A stretch of 64,000 nucleotides of DNA from Nageia nagi (GCA_050084985.1 JBITNC010000001.1:75330001-75394000), one strand, 5' to 3'. Counted from the first letter of the stretch, positions 24,101-38,046 are shown. Numbers and translations: made by a program. Notes: generated by a model from the sequence alone, not told the origin.

Positions 24101-26419
24101 ATATCAAATGTTGGCTTTATAAAGATTATCAAGGTATCCAGGGCTGGAGGCTGGTTAGTGCTCATAGGGAGGAGTTCCTCCCCACAGTGTCTAAGTTGAT
24201 CGCTTTGTTGTCCAAGGTCACAAGCCAAGATAATGATACTAAGTATAGGAAAGAGTTCACTGGTTTCGTAGCAATGATCAGTTCGGGGAGAGCCATATGA
24301 TGAAGCATGGTGATAAGTGATGCCTTCCATCACCAGTCGGCTTACTTCGACTCTTCCAAGAGGTTATACATGAACTCTTAGTGTATTTGTTGTTACATGG
24401 TAAATTTAGATCAAAGGGGCATGCAGATGAGAGAAAGTTGGGCAAGAAAGGCATCCCAGTGTGGAATGTTTACCCTAAGTGGTGGTATCACAACAAGTTC
24501 AGGCATTGCTACGAGAGGAATGATGAGGGGGAGTATGCCATTTACAAGGAGATCAAAGGTGATTTTGTAGTCAAGAGGATTTCTGATGCATCCATTTAGG
24601 CCATTAGTGTGCATGCGAATTTATATATATAGTACATTGACTACATTTACATCAAAGTCTATGGCTCTGAAGAGCAGCCTTTTCTCTTGCCTAGATATGC
24701 TAGCGATAGGCTAGTTGTCATGGAGTTTGCGAGTGTAGAGAAAGAAAGATGCTACAATCAACTTGCCTATTTCCATTGCAAGTTATGTCTTCCAGACTTG
24801 GCTTGAGGCCAAGAGTATGAAGAAGGAGTTGCAACAATATGTTTTCTACAAGGAGGCAATGATGAGGAACTATGAACCTAGAGGTGTTATTGCTCATTTC
24901 TATAACACTTCATTACCAAAACCCATAGTGTATAAGCATAAGTCTTTGGGAAATGTAGATAAGTATAGGAATGTATGTGATGAAGGGGAAATAGAGAAGA
25001 TAGATGCTCTTCTTAGTAGAAACAAAGCCCCTCTTCAGATAGAGAAGAAGACACCTTAGAGACCTAGAATTGTGAAAGAAAAGACCTAAAGAGGTCCCAC
25101 TTAAGATCAAGACATCTGTTCCTACTAGCATTACACCTCCACAAGTCAAGGAATCCTTGCTTCACATTGGGAAAAGACAAGGGACCTTGGGGTAGTATGC
25201 TTCAATGGGATCTAGTAAATGCAGTGTAGTGGCCAACACAACCAAGATAAGCCAACAAGTGGCTAATCTTAGGGATGCCGACTACCAAGATGTCCCTTTG
25301 AGTGCATTGGAGCAAGCTTGTGCTAGTGATTCCCCTATCAGGAAAACTCCATAGAGATCCTCTTGCCCTCCTAGGTGTAGAGAGAAAGTTCTCCCATTAA
25401 AACCAAATTCCACTTCTTTTGAACACTCCTCTGCCTCTTCTTCCAATGAAGAACTCGACTTTGCTGAAGAAGGCTCCGAGGAAATAGAGAGCCAAGATGA
25501 TGAAGAGGAGAGTTGTGGTGAAGAAGAAGAGGATGATGATGATGATGACGATGCTAAGTTCGATCCCCATGATGATTACCCTGATCAAGAGAATGTAGCT
25601 ATAGGTGCTTTTGCACCTGATGATACGAAGATTGATACTCTTCCAAATGATTATGATGATTTGTTTATTGATGTTGAGACATGTGATGAAGATGTATGTA
25701 TTGTTGAAGTGAGATATGCTAAGGAAGTAGGCTTTTCCAAACCCTCTCCTGTAAAACATAGAAAGAAGTTGCGCCCATCTTCTCAAAAGGCCCCAGTGAA
25801 AAGAACCAACCATGAGAGATCCCCTCAACCATGCAAAAGAGTCATATATTTAGGAGGTGGTGGTCGTGATGAGGAAGATGAAGGTGAGATTGAGGAGCAA
25901 AAGAAGAAGAGGAAGCAAGACGAGCACGAGGGTAACGAGGTTGCCCTCATTCAATCTACTCCAACAAAAGAAGTCAGGAAGATAAATCAAAGCAGAGTGC
26001 TGGTACAGAGGCTTCTTTTTATGCTAGCCACCAAACATCTAAAACTTGACTTGGACGCCTGCCTAATACCTTTAAGCATGAGCACAACTCATGATGAAGA
26101 GATAGATCAAGATCTGAGGTTTGAGGACGAAGAGGAGTTCTTCGATGGTGAGAAGGTAAGGAGAGTAGATACTTTTGTTTCTACTTGTAAGAAGGAGACC
26201 TCCATCAGCCATTGTTACTCCAAGGAGAAGCGTTCCAAAGGACTTGAGGATTACATGATTGAGACTTTTAAGATGCTTGCAAAGTTAGGCTTGTCAGCCA
26301 GAAAACACATAGTCACTCGGAATGTTGTTGTCATGGAACAAGAAGGCTATGAAGCTAAGCAGGAGGTGAGAAGATTGAAGAAGCAACTCACAACCAACAG
26401 GAAAATCATAAAGGAGTTT

Positions 26420-29166
26420 TGTTGTGACTGAAACACATCCCCCAAAATCCTGCGATTTTGGGGACCCTCAATGCACCAATGTATATACTTCATTTTGTCG
26501 TCATTAGTCCCACCCAAGTTGCATCTCAAAGACCCAAATTCACGAACAACCCCTTATAGTTCAAGCCTCTTCCTTCGTCTAGGGTTAGTCATGTCAAGAT
26601 AAGAATTTCAAAATTTCTAAAAATGGCTAAGTTTGGGAAGGGTAAAAGTTGATCTTAGGTGAACTAGGGATTCTAGGAAGAGTCGGATCCCGATCAAAGC
26701 AAACTGGGCATCTCTAAGGGATGGCGCATGCTTCAAAAAGACAATCTTGTCTTTTTGAACCATGCGACTTGGCTTGTAGTATCTTTGCCTTGGGTTTTTT
26801 GTGCTTACTTTGGCTTCATTCCGCTCCCTGTGTTTGGCACATGCCCAAGAAAGACAAGGTTTTGTCTTCTGGAGGCATGCGCTGGTTGAACCATGCGCCA
26901 GCCTTGTAGTGTCTTTGCCTTGGGTTTTTCGTGGTTACTTTGGCTTCATTCCGCTCCCTGTGTTTGGCGCATGCCCAAGAAAGACAAGGTTTTTTCTCCA
27001 AACACAGGGAGTGGAATGAAGCCAAAGTAACCACGAAAAACCCAAGGCAAAGACACTACAAGGCTGGCGCATGGTTTCAAAAGATAAGATCTTGTCTTTT
27101 TGAACCATGCAACTTGACCAGGAGGGCAAGATGAGCAAGTTCGGAGGTCGGAAAATGATCATGAGTCATCCAGGAGGCTGGCGCATGCTTCAAAAAGACA
27201 AAATCTTGTCTTTTTGAACCATGAGCCAAGCCTAGAAAGGTTGCCAGTATGAGCAAAGTGGAAAATTTGACAAGTCTCGGACCCGAGAAACTCATGACCA
27301 ACTCAAGCATACCCAGAGGGGTTGGAGCATGGTCTCAAAAGACAAATTCTTGACTTTTTGAGATATATGCCAAGCTCAGGAAGCTGCCAGGATTCGAGAA
27401 ACACAAAAATTTGGTTAAGGCATGAGCACTTGAAGATCAAATTCGGTAAAATAGGCCAACTGGAGGTTGGCGCATTCTTCAAAAAGACAAAATCTTGTCT
27501 TTTTGAACCATGTGACCAGGTTGGATGGATAGGCAAGGTTGGCGCATGCCTCAAAAAATCACAAACTTGACTTTTGGAAACATGCGCCAAGCCCACAGAT
27601 TGCCCAGGTTGAAATGAAATATCAAAATTGACAAGTCCAACCAATTGGAAGACCAGAAATCAGTAAAAATCAGGTTATTGGGTGAGTTAGGTGATCAAGG
27701 TAAGCAAGCATGAAGGCAGGAGACCCAACATTGGAAGCTTACAAATTCCTAGGATTGGCGCATGGTTCAAAAAGTCACTTTTTTGTCTTTTTTTTCCATG
27801 TGCCAAGCTAGGTTGAGTATTAAAACCCAAACGTCCGAGCATGGATGGCTTTGAATGAGTTTCTAGGCCAACACACATCTCGAGGTTGGCCAGGTAGGAC
27901 ATGATGAGGATCGTTGACAAGGTAGAGCACAACGTGGTGAAGAATGGGCTGAAGCTATTAGAGATGCTACATGGATTGGAGCTCATCGCCAAATTCTTGG
28001 ACGGCGACTTTGAAGGGCGTGTAGGGGCGTTTGGCCCACCAACTGCCTAGTCATAATATTTGTCCGCTTGCATTTATTATATTTCATAAGTTACTTTTTG
28101 AGGCTTTATTTATTTGTTAATAAATTCCCAAATTTGTGATGTATGGGGATTTGCTCCCACAAATTTGGAGGACATCTTGTAATGCCATGTGGCATATTTA
28201 TGTTGGACCATAGTTGATTTTCTTGGAAATTGTAATTAGGGTTAGGACAACACTTTGAGTTGCTTAAAAACTATATATAGCCCATTTGGGCTCATTTGTA
28301 GGGATCAAACATTCTTTGCAATTGGGATTACTTAAAATAATACTCTCAAACTTACAAGTTTTCTCTTTTTGCAATTGTGATATGATTTCGAGTAATTGAA
28401 GTGAGCTTGTTTTCATTTCAAACTATGAATGTGAATGAGTATTACATGTTAATGCTATCTTGAATATTTGGGTCATTTTATAAACCTAATAGGCGGATAA
28501 AAGAGTGCTTGTATATTTTTTGGAAATATTTCAAGAAGTGTTTCATTGTGATGTTTCATAGTTTGCACTTAGGATTAATGTGTTTTGAAATGACTTGTGT
28601 ATGTCGTTTAGCATAAGAACTTCACCCCAAGATTGAGTCATACCTACGCCTCATCTTTCTTTCGTTGCCTTAGCGTCAAGCTCCTCTCGTTAGGACATTC
28701 GTGTTGTTCCCTTCCAAGCTGGAATTGGGGTGTGTGGAACTTATATCAAACTCTCACAAGTTCGATTTTAGAAAGTCATATTAATTAGTGAAAACATTGC
28801 CTAGGAGCCCAACTCATATATCACTGTCTTTTCACTCCTTTTGTTTTTTTTTTCTTTTTCATTTTCTTTGCGTGGCTTTTGCAACATACTATTTTTATTT
28901 TTTCCTTTTGAGAAACAATTATACTTGGATTAGGGACCCTTCAAGTCCTTGAGTAACAAATTCTATTTTGAGTTGGTAACAACTTTAAACGGCTCCACCT
29001 TTTTACCTGAGTGAACCCTTGCAACCTCCATTTTCAAACCTTTGAGGTAAAAGTCCTCATAGCGGGTAGGGGTAACGCCCTACCACTCAGGTGTCGGAGT
29101 TTTTCTACAAGCCTTGCGATAACATTTGCTAACTTGCAAGGGGTAGGAAAGAAAAAGCCCCCAACA
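26420..29166 (+). mobile_element. Solo LTR (~2.75 kb)
   Basis: Termini TGTTG...CAACA. Near-TSD AGTTT/AGTTC. The host ORF resumes in frame after it. TATA-like CTATATATAG at ~28271. Homologous to 38047-41257. Confidence 0.85.
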
Positions 29167-29410
29167 AGTTCCAGATTGTAAGTACCACTCCTGTAGAATT
29201 TAAGATGCAAGCTTCGTTCCATGTGGGGTGGGAATTAATGAAAGATCTTTTGAAGAAGGAGATGATGGAAACCATTGAGAAGTTAGCTTCTCAAGTTTAT
29301 AGCCTCCTTGAGGAAGGTGTTGAGGTCAGGGAGTTAAAATCCCAAATAACATCCCTCCTCGAGAAGCTTGATGGTTATCTCCTTACTATCACCCACTTTC
29401 AGCATGCCTT

Positions 29411-31232
29411 TGTAAGGCCCACTCTTAGGTTTGCAAATCCAAATTCTGTTAACTCCAAAATTCATGTATTACATCAATATAACATTCATAAAAAGAGGAA
29501 AAAGTGGCTTATCACTTCATCTTCCTCAAGAGACTTTTTAACCGCCTAAAGACTTTACAACTTCATCTTACTATGACCTTTGGAATTCCTCCAACACAAA
29601 TCCGAAAATACATAAATATAAAATACTTTCTCACACCTACACACTTATAACACCTAACCTTAATCCCTAAGGATCATGTTTCCTACATCCCCCCTTAATC
29701 CAAAAGGGATTAAGAAAGAAATAAAAAGATGTGCCTCAAGATGTGTAGAACATTCTTCATCAACAAAAAAAATAAGCAATCCCTTCAAAATGTCCACCTC
29801 AAGGATTAAGCCCAAGTTTCCCCCTTAATCCGAAGGGGTGAAAATATTGCAACATAAATCTTCTTACAAAGCTCATCATTAAAATGGACACCTTGATAAA
29901 GACAATAGAAATTATGTCCTCCAATTTTTTTTAAATATTTGATAATTTGGCATAAAAGTAATAATTTAAATATTAATAGTTTTAAATATTTAAATATAAT
30001 AAAATTTAAATATTAAAACCATAATATTTAAATATTATTAAAAATACCAAATTATTCTAAATTTAAAGTGGTTGGTGGTAAAATTGAGGCCGCCCAAATT
30101 GACCAATGTGGAAATGAGTCAGCACAAGCTGGTCACGATGGGGATGACACGTAAACCCATCAGGTTCATAGCTAAATGGTGGGGCAGTTGGGGCTCTAAA
30201 CAAGAAATGTACACGGGTCTCCACTCTCCATGAGATCCAAACGATCCGCATGGTCAATGGTCAGAAAGGACGTGGAATACCAAATGATGACCATGAATGG
30301 GAAAAACACCAAAAATCTATACGCAAGTCACACAATCGCGTCACATCCACCACCACAAAGTTCACATGCACCAAAAACGGATTTCTAAACCAACCACCAG
30401 CAAGGAAATATTTTTAGGAGCGTATAGTCAAACAAACGAATATAACTATCACAAATATCTTCCACCTCCTCAAACAACACAAATTTTTCTTGTGCTTCTT
30501 CACAATCCAGCATGAAACAACCACTCAAGTGCATAAAAAAAGGCAAATCTACAACTTGGGTTGAGATGGCATTGTTATCAGAACACTTGCCATAAAACAA
30601 CCCAACCTTCACCACCAAAAAAGCCATATAGTAGGAAGAATAACAATAGTTTCACCCATGAAGAAGGAAGAGAAAAACCCCATGAAAAACAGAAGATATA
30701 AACTGTGGTAGCTCCTAAAAACTCGATTGTACAAATTTAATGGAAATAGGTATCCAAAACTTTTCACATAATGGAAAACGGATAACTATATTAAAAGTTA
30801 TGCACAAAAATGGAAAATTGGAGTCTATTCGAATTTGCAAGGAAAACTCACATGGAGAACCAAGAAATACCCTAAGTAAGATCTTAGCACGGTTTAGCAA
30901 AGGCTATTAGTCCTTTTTTAGGCATAGCCAAGCTCTGTTACCATTGTAAGGCCCACTCTTAGGTTTGCAAATCCAAATTCTATTAACTCCAAAATTCATG
31001 TATTACATCAATATGACATTCATAAATAGAGGAAAAAGTGGTTTATCACTTCACCTTCCTCAAGAGACTCTTTAACTGCCTAAAGACTTTACAACTTCAT
31101 CTTACAATGACCTTTGGAACACAAATCCAAAAATACATAAATATAAAATACTTTCTTACACCTACACACTTATAACACCTAATTCTTATTATTTACATTC
31201 AACCTTAATCCTTAAGGATTAGGTTTCCAACA
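29411..31232 (-). mobile_element. TRIM-like non-autonomous LTR element (1.8 kb)
   Basis: LTRs at 29411-29687 and 30945-31232. TSD GCCTT on both sides. PBS-like TGGTAACAGAGC (minus, 30932-30943). PPT AAGGGGGGA (minus, 29688-29696). Non-coding interior. Confidence 0.92.
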
Positions 31233-33199
31233 GCCTTTGCTGATAGACCTGAGAAGTTGCTCTACTGCCATGAGTTTATGTATCAACACGATTGGTTGAA
31301 GCATGCACTGGACAATTGCCATGCAGTGCTCAAAATCAGGATTCCCTTGAGAAAGGGAGTGGAAGAACATATGAATTAGTATGTTTATCAATTGAAATTT
31401 CAAGGGGAAGACAATAGCGTGCAGAGGAAAGAAGCAGTCTTGGTAGAAGCGCAAAACCTAATCCAGGAGCATCTTGAGGTCGAACATCTCAACCTATTGA
31501 AGGCAAATAGACCCATTTATCATGAGAGACAGATGGTCATTTGGAAATTTCAGATGCAGGCTACGTCTAAATAGATCAAGGACTACTAGGGGCAGAACGA
31601 CAACATCATGGGTATGATTTCCAGAGAAGTATGAAAGACCGTGGCTTTCTTGGAGGAGACCATTGAGTTGTACGATCTCACCAATGAAGAGTGGAACTCC
31701 GCAGGTGCCGAATCAAATTTGGCCTTTTGACCCACTTGTAGATTCTATCTACAATAGTGTTTTAATGCATATTGTTGATGGTTCTTATGTTCAGACTTCA
31801 TTTACTTTATTTGACTGGTGTAGGGATGGGCTTTTGCTCCCACCAGATCAAATCTATCAGACTCATTTATGAATCTGATCGGTGCAGGGATGAGGTTTTG
31901 CTCCCACCGGTTCAGATGTCAGACATTGATAGCATATCTGATTTTATTTTTGCATAGATTAGACATTTTGCGGCTATGGCATTTATGTTTTGTCAGCTTT
32001 TAGATGCCACTTGCATAGATATTTGTGATACAATCATATTTTGCATTGGTATGTGTGTTGCATGTGAGCACAACATATTAGATTTGATGCCTTTAGGTCA
32101 ACACTTCTAGTGGCATATTTATACTTCACTCGGGCCATTTAGAAGGGGATTTTTGCATATCATGATTGCATAGAAGCACTTTTGCATATGGTGGATTGTT
32201 GCATACTGTGGTTGCATAGAGGATTTTTGCCATGTTGTTGTATCTCTAGTTCATTTTGAAATATCATATATTGAGAGTTTTGCAATCAAGAAAGGAATGC
32301 TCCTGTTCATATCATCGAGTATCTTTGCAAGTTGGTTTCTTTCTGGAATGGTTTCAAAAAGCAAATGCTGTGAAGTTTGTCATTTGTGGGATCATACATC
32401 TTATCTTGTAAGAGTTTCTTGCCAGTTTGAATAGTTTTTATTGCTTAAGTGCATTCTCTTTGAAAACTACGAGTTTTAAGGGAAGAAAGTTGAATATCTT
32501 TTTAAGTGGTTTAAATTGTTCATTGCATGGTTTGCACATAAGTGGATGTATTCTGTGGCCTATAGCTTATCTCTATGTCATTCAGCTAGAATTTATGTAT
32601 TCACAAGCTGGTCATTTCCCTTCATCTCATTCCCATCAAGTCTTCCATCATAGACCTTACAGCTTCCTGCTTTCGTCTAGTAGTAACTTGAGCTTTGCTA
32701 TTTGCTGCCAAGCTTGATAAGTGAATACATTTTTATTAAAGAATCCGAAGATGACCTGCTGAGACACTGCATTACTGGTGACACTTTCATAAGCCTATTT
32801 CTATATTCCTATGCATTTGTCCCTGCATTTGTGATCTTTTTTGCTTTCGTTCACATTTGCAGTCTTTCCTCTTTGTGGAAAAGAATTTCAACGGTGAATT
32901 TCCCTTGTATACAGTTAACAACATGCATCTCTATCCATTGTGCCCAGGTCCATATTCCATGTGAGCGCTTAGAGTAACCAATCCTTTTAGGTGCAAACAA
33001 GTAACGCTGTTTCCTCCAAGTCTTGTGCATGTTTTGGGTGAGGAAAGAAAAACATACCAACACATACAAAATGAATTGGAAGTGTAGAAGCAGATGGGTT
33101 ATAATGGAAAGGGACTTAGTGAGTATTCTCAAGGAATTAGAAAGTCAATTGAAGCAACCATGAGGTCAAGGCATGAATAACTTGATAACTAAATAAAAT

Positions 33200-33810
33200 C
33201 ATTCAAGGACATAAGTTTGTGAAAATATCTCATCCACACCAAACTGGTGAATATTCCAGTAGTCAATCCTCAGCTTGTAACGCATCAATTACATGTGAAG
33301 ATAAGAAATTTTTGTTGCAAGGACATTGTGGCAGAGTGGGACACACAAAAGCAAAGTGTTGGGACATGTATCCTGGTAATGTTTGTGGCTTGAAGACTCA
33401 TAATGGAATTGGAAAAGGCAATGGACAGAGAATATAATTCATATTGACTGTGATTGGATTGTAGAGCACAAGTGGTTAGAATTGACAAATATGTTAAGTG
33501 GATTTTATGTGAGGAGTTTTTCCTATGTGAATGTAAAGTTAAAATTGGTTGATAACAGTTTGAGATTTTATGAAGGGATTTACAGAACTGAATTCTTTTC
33601 TAGGATATAATGGAGGCAAGGTCAGAGCTAAAGTACTCCACATGATTGTTTCATCTTTCTAAAATTTGAGATATGCCTCAAGAAGGTTGCCACTAATGGA
33701 GGATGTTTCTATTGATAACAGCTTCCTGATCTCTTTTTGTTAAGAAAGAATGTATGAATTCTTGTATCCCATCCTACGAAAAATAAGGATTAAGGGAGGA
33801 TGTTAGAAGT
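33200..33810 (+). mobile_element. LTR-retrotransposon relic with gag-type zinc knuckle
   Basis: HCGRVGHTKAKCW (partial CCHC knuckle). PPT-like TTAAGGGAGGA followed by TGTTAG at ~33790-33806. Confidence 0.5.
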
Positions 33811-36800
33811 ACTTTATTAATTGTTACATTGGGTATGTATTTTTAATGTTGAAAGAAAAAAAAATGAAAATCCAAAGATACGAAATATAGATAAAATTGT
33901 GTAGGATTCTAAAACAATATATAACTCTAATATTCATTCATACATTCAAAATAAAGCATGCTACTTCTAGGTGTTCTTATTTTGGAGAAAGGTTATGCTT
34001 AAGTATAGCATGGGTGGTTTTCTCATCCATCTATAAGTATATACAATGATTTAATTTATAAGACATACAAGGAGAATACGAAGAATTTGATTTTTGTGTT
34101 TTTAGTACTGCTTTTACACCAATTAAAATATTGTTCATTCAGTTCTGCATATTTTGGGTGCAATAGTCCATTTTTTCTGACATGGACACCTTTTGAGCTA
34201 GAATTGGTCAAGACCTTCACTTGTAGTAGGTCTTGTCTATGCCTTCAACCAAATTCAGAAAATGATGAAGATCAAATTTCCGTTTTTGAGATTTGTTCTA
34301 TGTGGAGCACAGTGGTAAGGAGTGGCAAGAATTTGGTGGCTGACAAACAAGAGAAAGCTACCATAAAAACTTGGGCATGCTAGAGACCATGTGATGTTTA
34401 AGCTCAGTCTTGGGTCTTGAATTTAGCAGTTATACACATTGTATTTAGAAACCTAGGTTTTTTGTGCATGCTTAACTTGGACCATACTATTTTGGTTTAA
34501 CATGTACAGAAATGGAACTTTTACACTTAAAATTTAATTTGATCAAATTTGTTATTCAGACCAATGTTTTCTGTCCAAACTTGTAGTGTACCTCTAGTTG
34601 CACTGCGCCTAATGTTGATAAATATAGGAATGGTTGAGGATATTATTAAAAAAAATTAATTAAAATTTCAAGTCATTATTCTGAAATATCAAGATTTTTC
34701 TTGTGCTTGACTTCCATTGACGACTTTCCCATCTTAGTGGATACTTTTCCCCTTCATTTATTGTGTGTATGGGACATCTTTGTAGCTTCTCTCTCATATT
34801 TTTGATGCTAGCCTATTGATGTATGATGCAATTGGATTATTGCATTTTTTTGTGATTGTGGTGATGTGAAATATGTGGAGATATCTAAGGACTTTATTTT
34901 GAAAGTACGCATAACTTTTACATGGTGCAGAGGTGGTTGCGTATTATAAATGGTGTTATCAGAACTACAGATCACCTATGTTATGAATCAAGGCTTTTCT
35001 TTGGTTTGGACACTTCAAATGGTCTATGTGAGATGTTTTTCAGGAAACTCTATGATCATATATATGATACATCATATCTTGTTAAAATCAGATATCATAC
35101 TTTTTGATTTGTTGCCAAACCAATCTTAAGGATTGGTATCTGTACATTGTATTATGTAATATAAGTCTTAGCTTACCTTGTGAGACCAAGGTTGATTAGA
35201 CCAAAGCCCTAAGGTCCAGCTTGTGATGTACCTTGGCTGGACTTAACGAATTTGTGTTTGTACCTGAAGCCCACCTTTGACGATTTTTTAGAGAATGGTT
35301 GAAGATATAAATAGACAATCCTCTTTAGAATTACAAATCAATCTCAAAATCAATCTTGTGAAATATCAATCATTTTGTCTTATGCTTGTCACACATTGAG
35401 GGACTTACACATATTGGTAAAATTCTTTTCTTCTTCATCTATTGTACATATTAGGGGTTGTCACAGGAGCTCATTCTTATGGTGCTATGCTATTGGTCTT
35501 TAATGCTCTTGTGGTTTTATTATTGCAATGTTATGTGATTGTGAATTGTATCGAGATATCTAAGATTGTACTATCTAATTGCTTGCTATGTGGAATACTT
35601 CACTTTAAATAGCTTCTATTCTTCTTTGAAACTGAAAGAAAAGTATTTTGCATCTATTTATAGCCTTATCTTATTTTATATAATGTTTTTTTTTGTTTGT
35701 TTAAGTTGGATGTTGGATTTTGAGGATCTAAGAACCTTTACATATCATCAAAATATAAGCGTTTGAGCACTTCCATACTGTTAAAAACATGTCAAAATAG
35801 GAAGATTCTCCCTACTTTTACATGGTGCTATAAATCAGGATAAAACTAAAAATCAAGATTCATATGACACTCAAAGCCATTCAGGAGAGAGATTTAAATT
35901 TCAAATTTGAAATGTCTATCCCTAAAATTAACTTGAAATCAATGCAATTTCAAGTCCACCCAGTCGAGTGTCACATCTGCACGTCACTTCCATAATCACC
36001 CCATTTGCCTCTGGTGTCAAGTTTCACTCCATCTCACAACTGCCATGGCCATTCCAGAAGATCAGACTCCTCAGGCTGCCTATTTCGAATGCAACATTTT
36101 TTCCTCCCAAATGCTTGAGCCCAACTTCAAAAAGAGCTTCGCAAGACCTACCAAGGAAAGATCCCACAACAATAGATTTACATCCCTGATGCGCTCCAAC
36201 AGCTCGTGTTGAGTGACAGATCTGTTCACTTCCCTAAGTAGGAATCACCAAGCTCCCCTCTCACATTTGGAATCAACAGCCAACAGCCAACATCCCGGAA
36301 AACATGTTCCTCCTACCCATGGAGGTTTCCACAAAAACGCAGGTTTCCTCCTAGTAGCTTCAACTAAACTTCAAAAAGAGCATCACAAATTCAAAGAAAG
36401 ATCACATGACAATAGATCCACATCCTCGATGCACTCTAACATCCTATGTTGAGTAAAAGATCCGTTCATTTCCCTGAGTAATTCACATGTGCCCCAGAAA
36501 GAGATCCACGTAATTCACATCTTCGATGCGCTCCAACACTATTCTGACGTGTTAAGTGAAAGATTGATCTCTATCTCTGACATGAAACTGTGAAGCCCTC
36601 CTTCTAATCTCTCCATTGCATCAAAGGCCAAGAAACACACATTTGGGAAAAGAGAAAGTAAATATTCCAGAAAAAAAACCTTTCTCACTCTTCCCAGCCT
36701 CTAGATTTGTGGACCGGGAGGCCAGCAAGGACCCTGCATTTCCAAACTGATGTCCCCATCTCTGATTTGTTATTTCCACAGAGGACTGTCCACGTCCTCA

Positions 36801-37249
36801 CGAATAAAAAAACTCATCAACCTCATGGAATGAAACTCTTGAATCTTGTGGTCGTCATTCACCATTCGGGGCAGTAACAACGCAGTCAGCCCTTGCCAAA
36901 ACCTTCTGTTACCTGCCTTTGATTTGTCCTTCAAATTCCTCAAGGGGAAAGCCCTCAGCCTCATGGAACAGTTTCTCTCCGGGCAGTAGACCCAGTGCTC
37001 CCAAAGCCCCTAAAAAAAACGCAGTAGGTTTCCACCGCCTCCCGCTTGCGCAAGCAGAGGTCATGCGAGTGGGAGGGTTTTTTAAATAATTATTTTATAT
37101 AATATTATTATATATATATATATTACATACAATTTCTTTATCTGTTAAACAATAACTTTGGTAAAATTTAATGAGTTTGATTTGTTGCTCTTCATTAATT
37201 TCATTATTTTGGAGTAGTATAATAGATTCTTACAGGTTGCTTTTTGCAG

Positions 37250-37428
37250 GTTTTCCTACCAGCCACACCTTCCACTAAGAAATTGAAAAATGGAGATTAC
37301 TCTAAGAAAATTACGGTGCTGATTCCTGGTTACATTTTCATAAGATGTTGTTTGAACCAGGAGATACATGATTTCATATTAAGTTCTCCACGTGTACGTC
37401 GATTTTCTGGGAAAAAAGTTAGCAATAG
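37250..37428 (+). CDS. PTAC13: pTAC13-like exon 2 (NGN domain core)
   Basis: Acceptor TTTTTGCAG|G. Encodes VFLPATPSTKKLKNGDYSKKITVLIPGYIFIRCCLNQEIHDFI (NusG PGYIF motif). Donor AG|GTGAG. Confidence 0.92.
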
Positions 37429-38046
37429 GTGAGCATAAACTTTTGTGATAATGCACCTGGAATTATATTGTTTGAAGATCTATTGGATTTCAATTCTTGC
37501 TGATCAAAATATTGTAATCCTAGTTTTGATGAATAGGTTTATTTTTAAAAAGAATTTCTGCATTTTACATGGTTAATTGCTTCTTGAAACAGATTTACAT
37601 TCTTAGTAGGTTAAAAGAGTATGAGACACTGGATGGATGGAGCTCAATTTATTCTTTATACTTACATTTGATTTTTCCCCTCCTAGATATTCTCCTTGGA
37701 ATCTAACTCATAAAATATGAACACAGTAAGATACGGGTTTGGCATTTAGATTATCTACTGCTACATTATGAATTTTGAATTTCACCTTTAAAATAATAGG
37801 GGTACTTGATCTAGAGTGTGGCATGCACATTTCAAGTTGAATTATATCATTATTATCACCCTATTCATCTAAATTTTTGGGTCAAAAGAAATCTTTAGAT
37901 TTATAACAATTGATATGATGCCAATGAATGTTGTATGATCTAGATTCTAGTGTACAACCATGAAAACATATTTTGCTTGCAAAAATTGTTATCATGCAAC
38001 AAAAAATTGACAGTGGAGTAAGGGACTAGAGAATAGGAGTAGGTCA

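Larger units (their letters stand above)
23587..31574 (+). pseudogene. Large degenerate retrotransposon accessory ORF, interrupted by a solo LTR and a TRIM-like element
   Basis: Colinear broken ORFs from MSSRARPTPS.. through FAVPFPDLC, LPRYASDRLVVMEF, an acidic tract and a coiled-coil. The frame is restored across both insertions (..IIKEF|QIVSTT.. and ..FQHA|FADRPEK..). Confidence 0.65.

Noticed and set aside
26720-27810. CRISPR-like repeat-spacer appearance of the palindromic arrays (also 38340-39315)
   Set aside because: Eukaryotic LTR context, degenerate repeats, irregular and partly homologous spacers, and no cas genes.
35770-37080. Possible LINE 5' region with ~240-bp internal repeats
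   Set aside because: No diagnostic protein motif recognised, so left unannotated.
37231-37249. Alternative acceptor TACAG at 37235
   Set aside because: It would add 14 nt and shift the frame. The AG at 37248-37249 preserves it.
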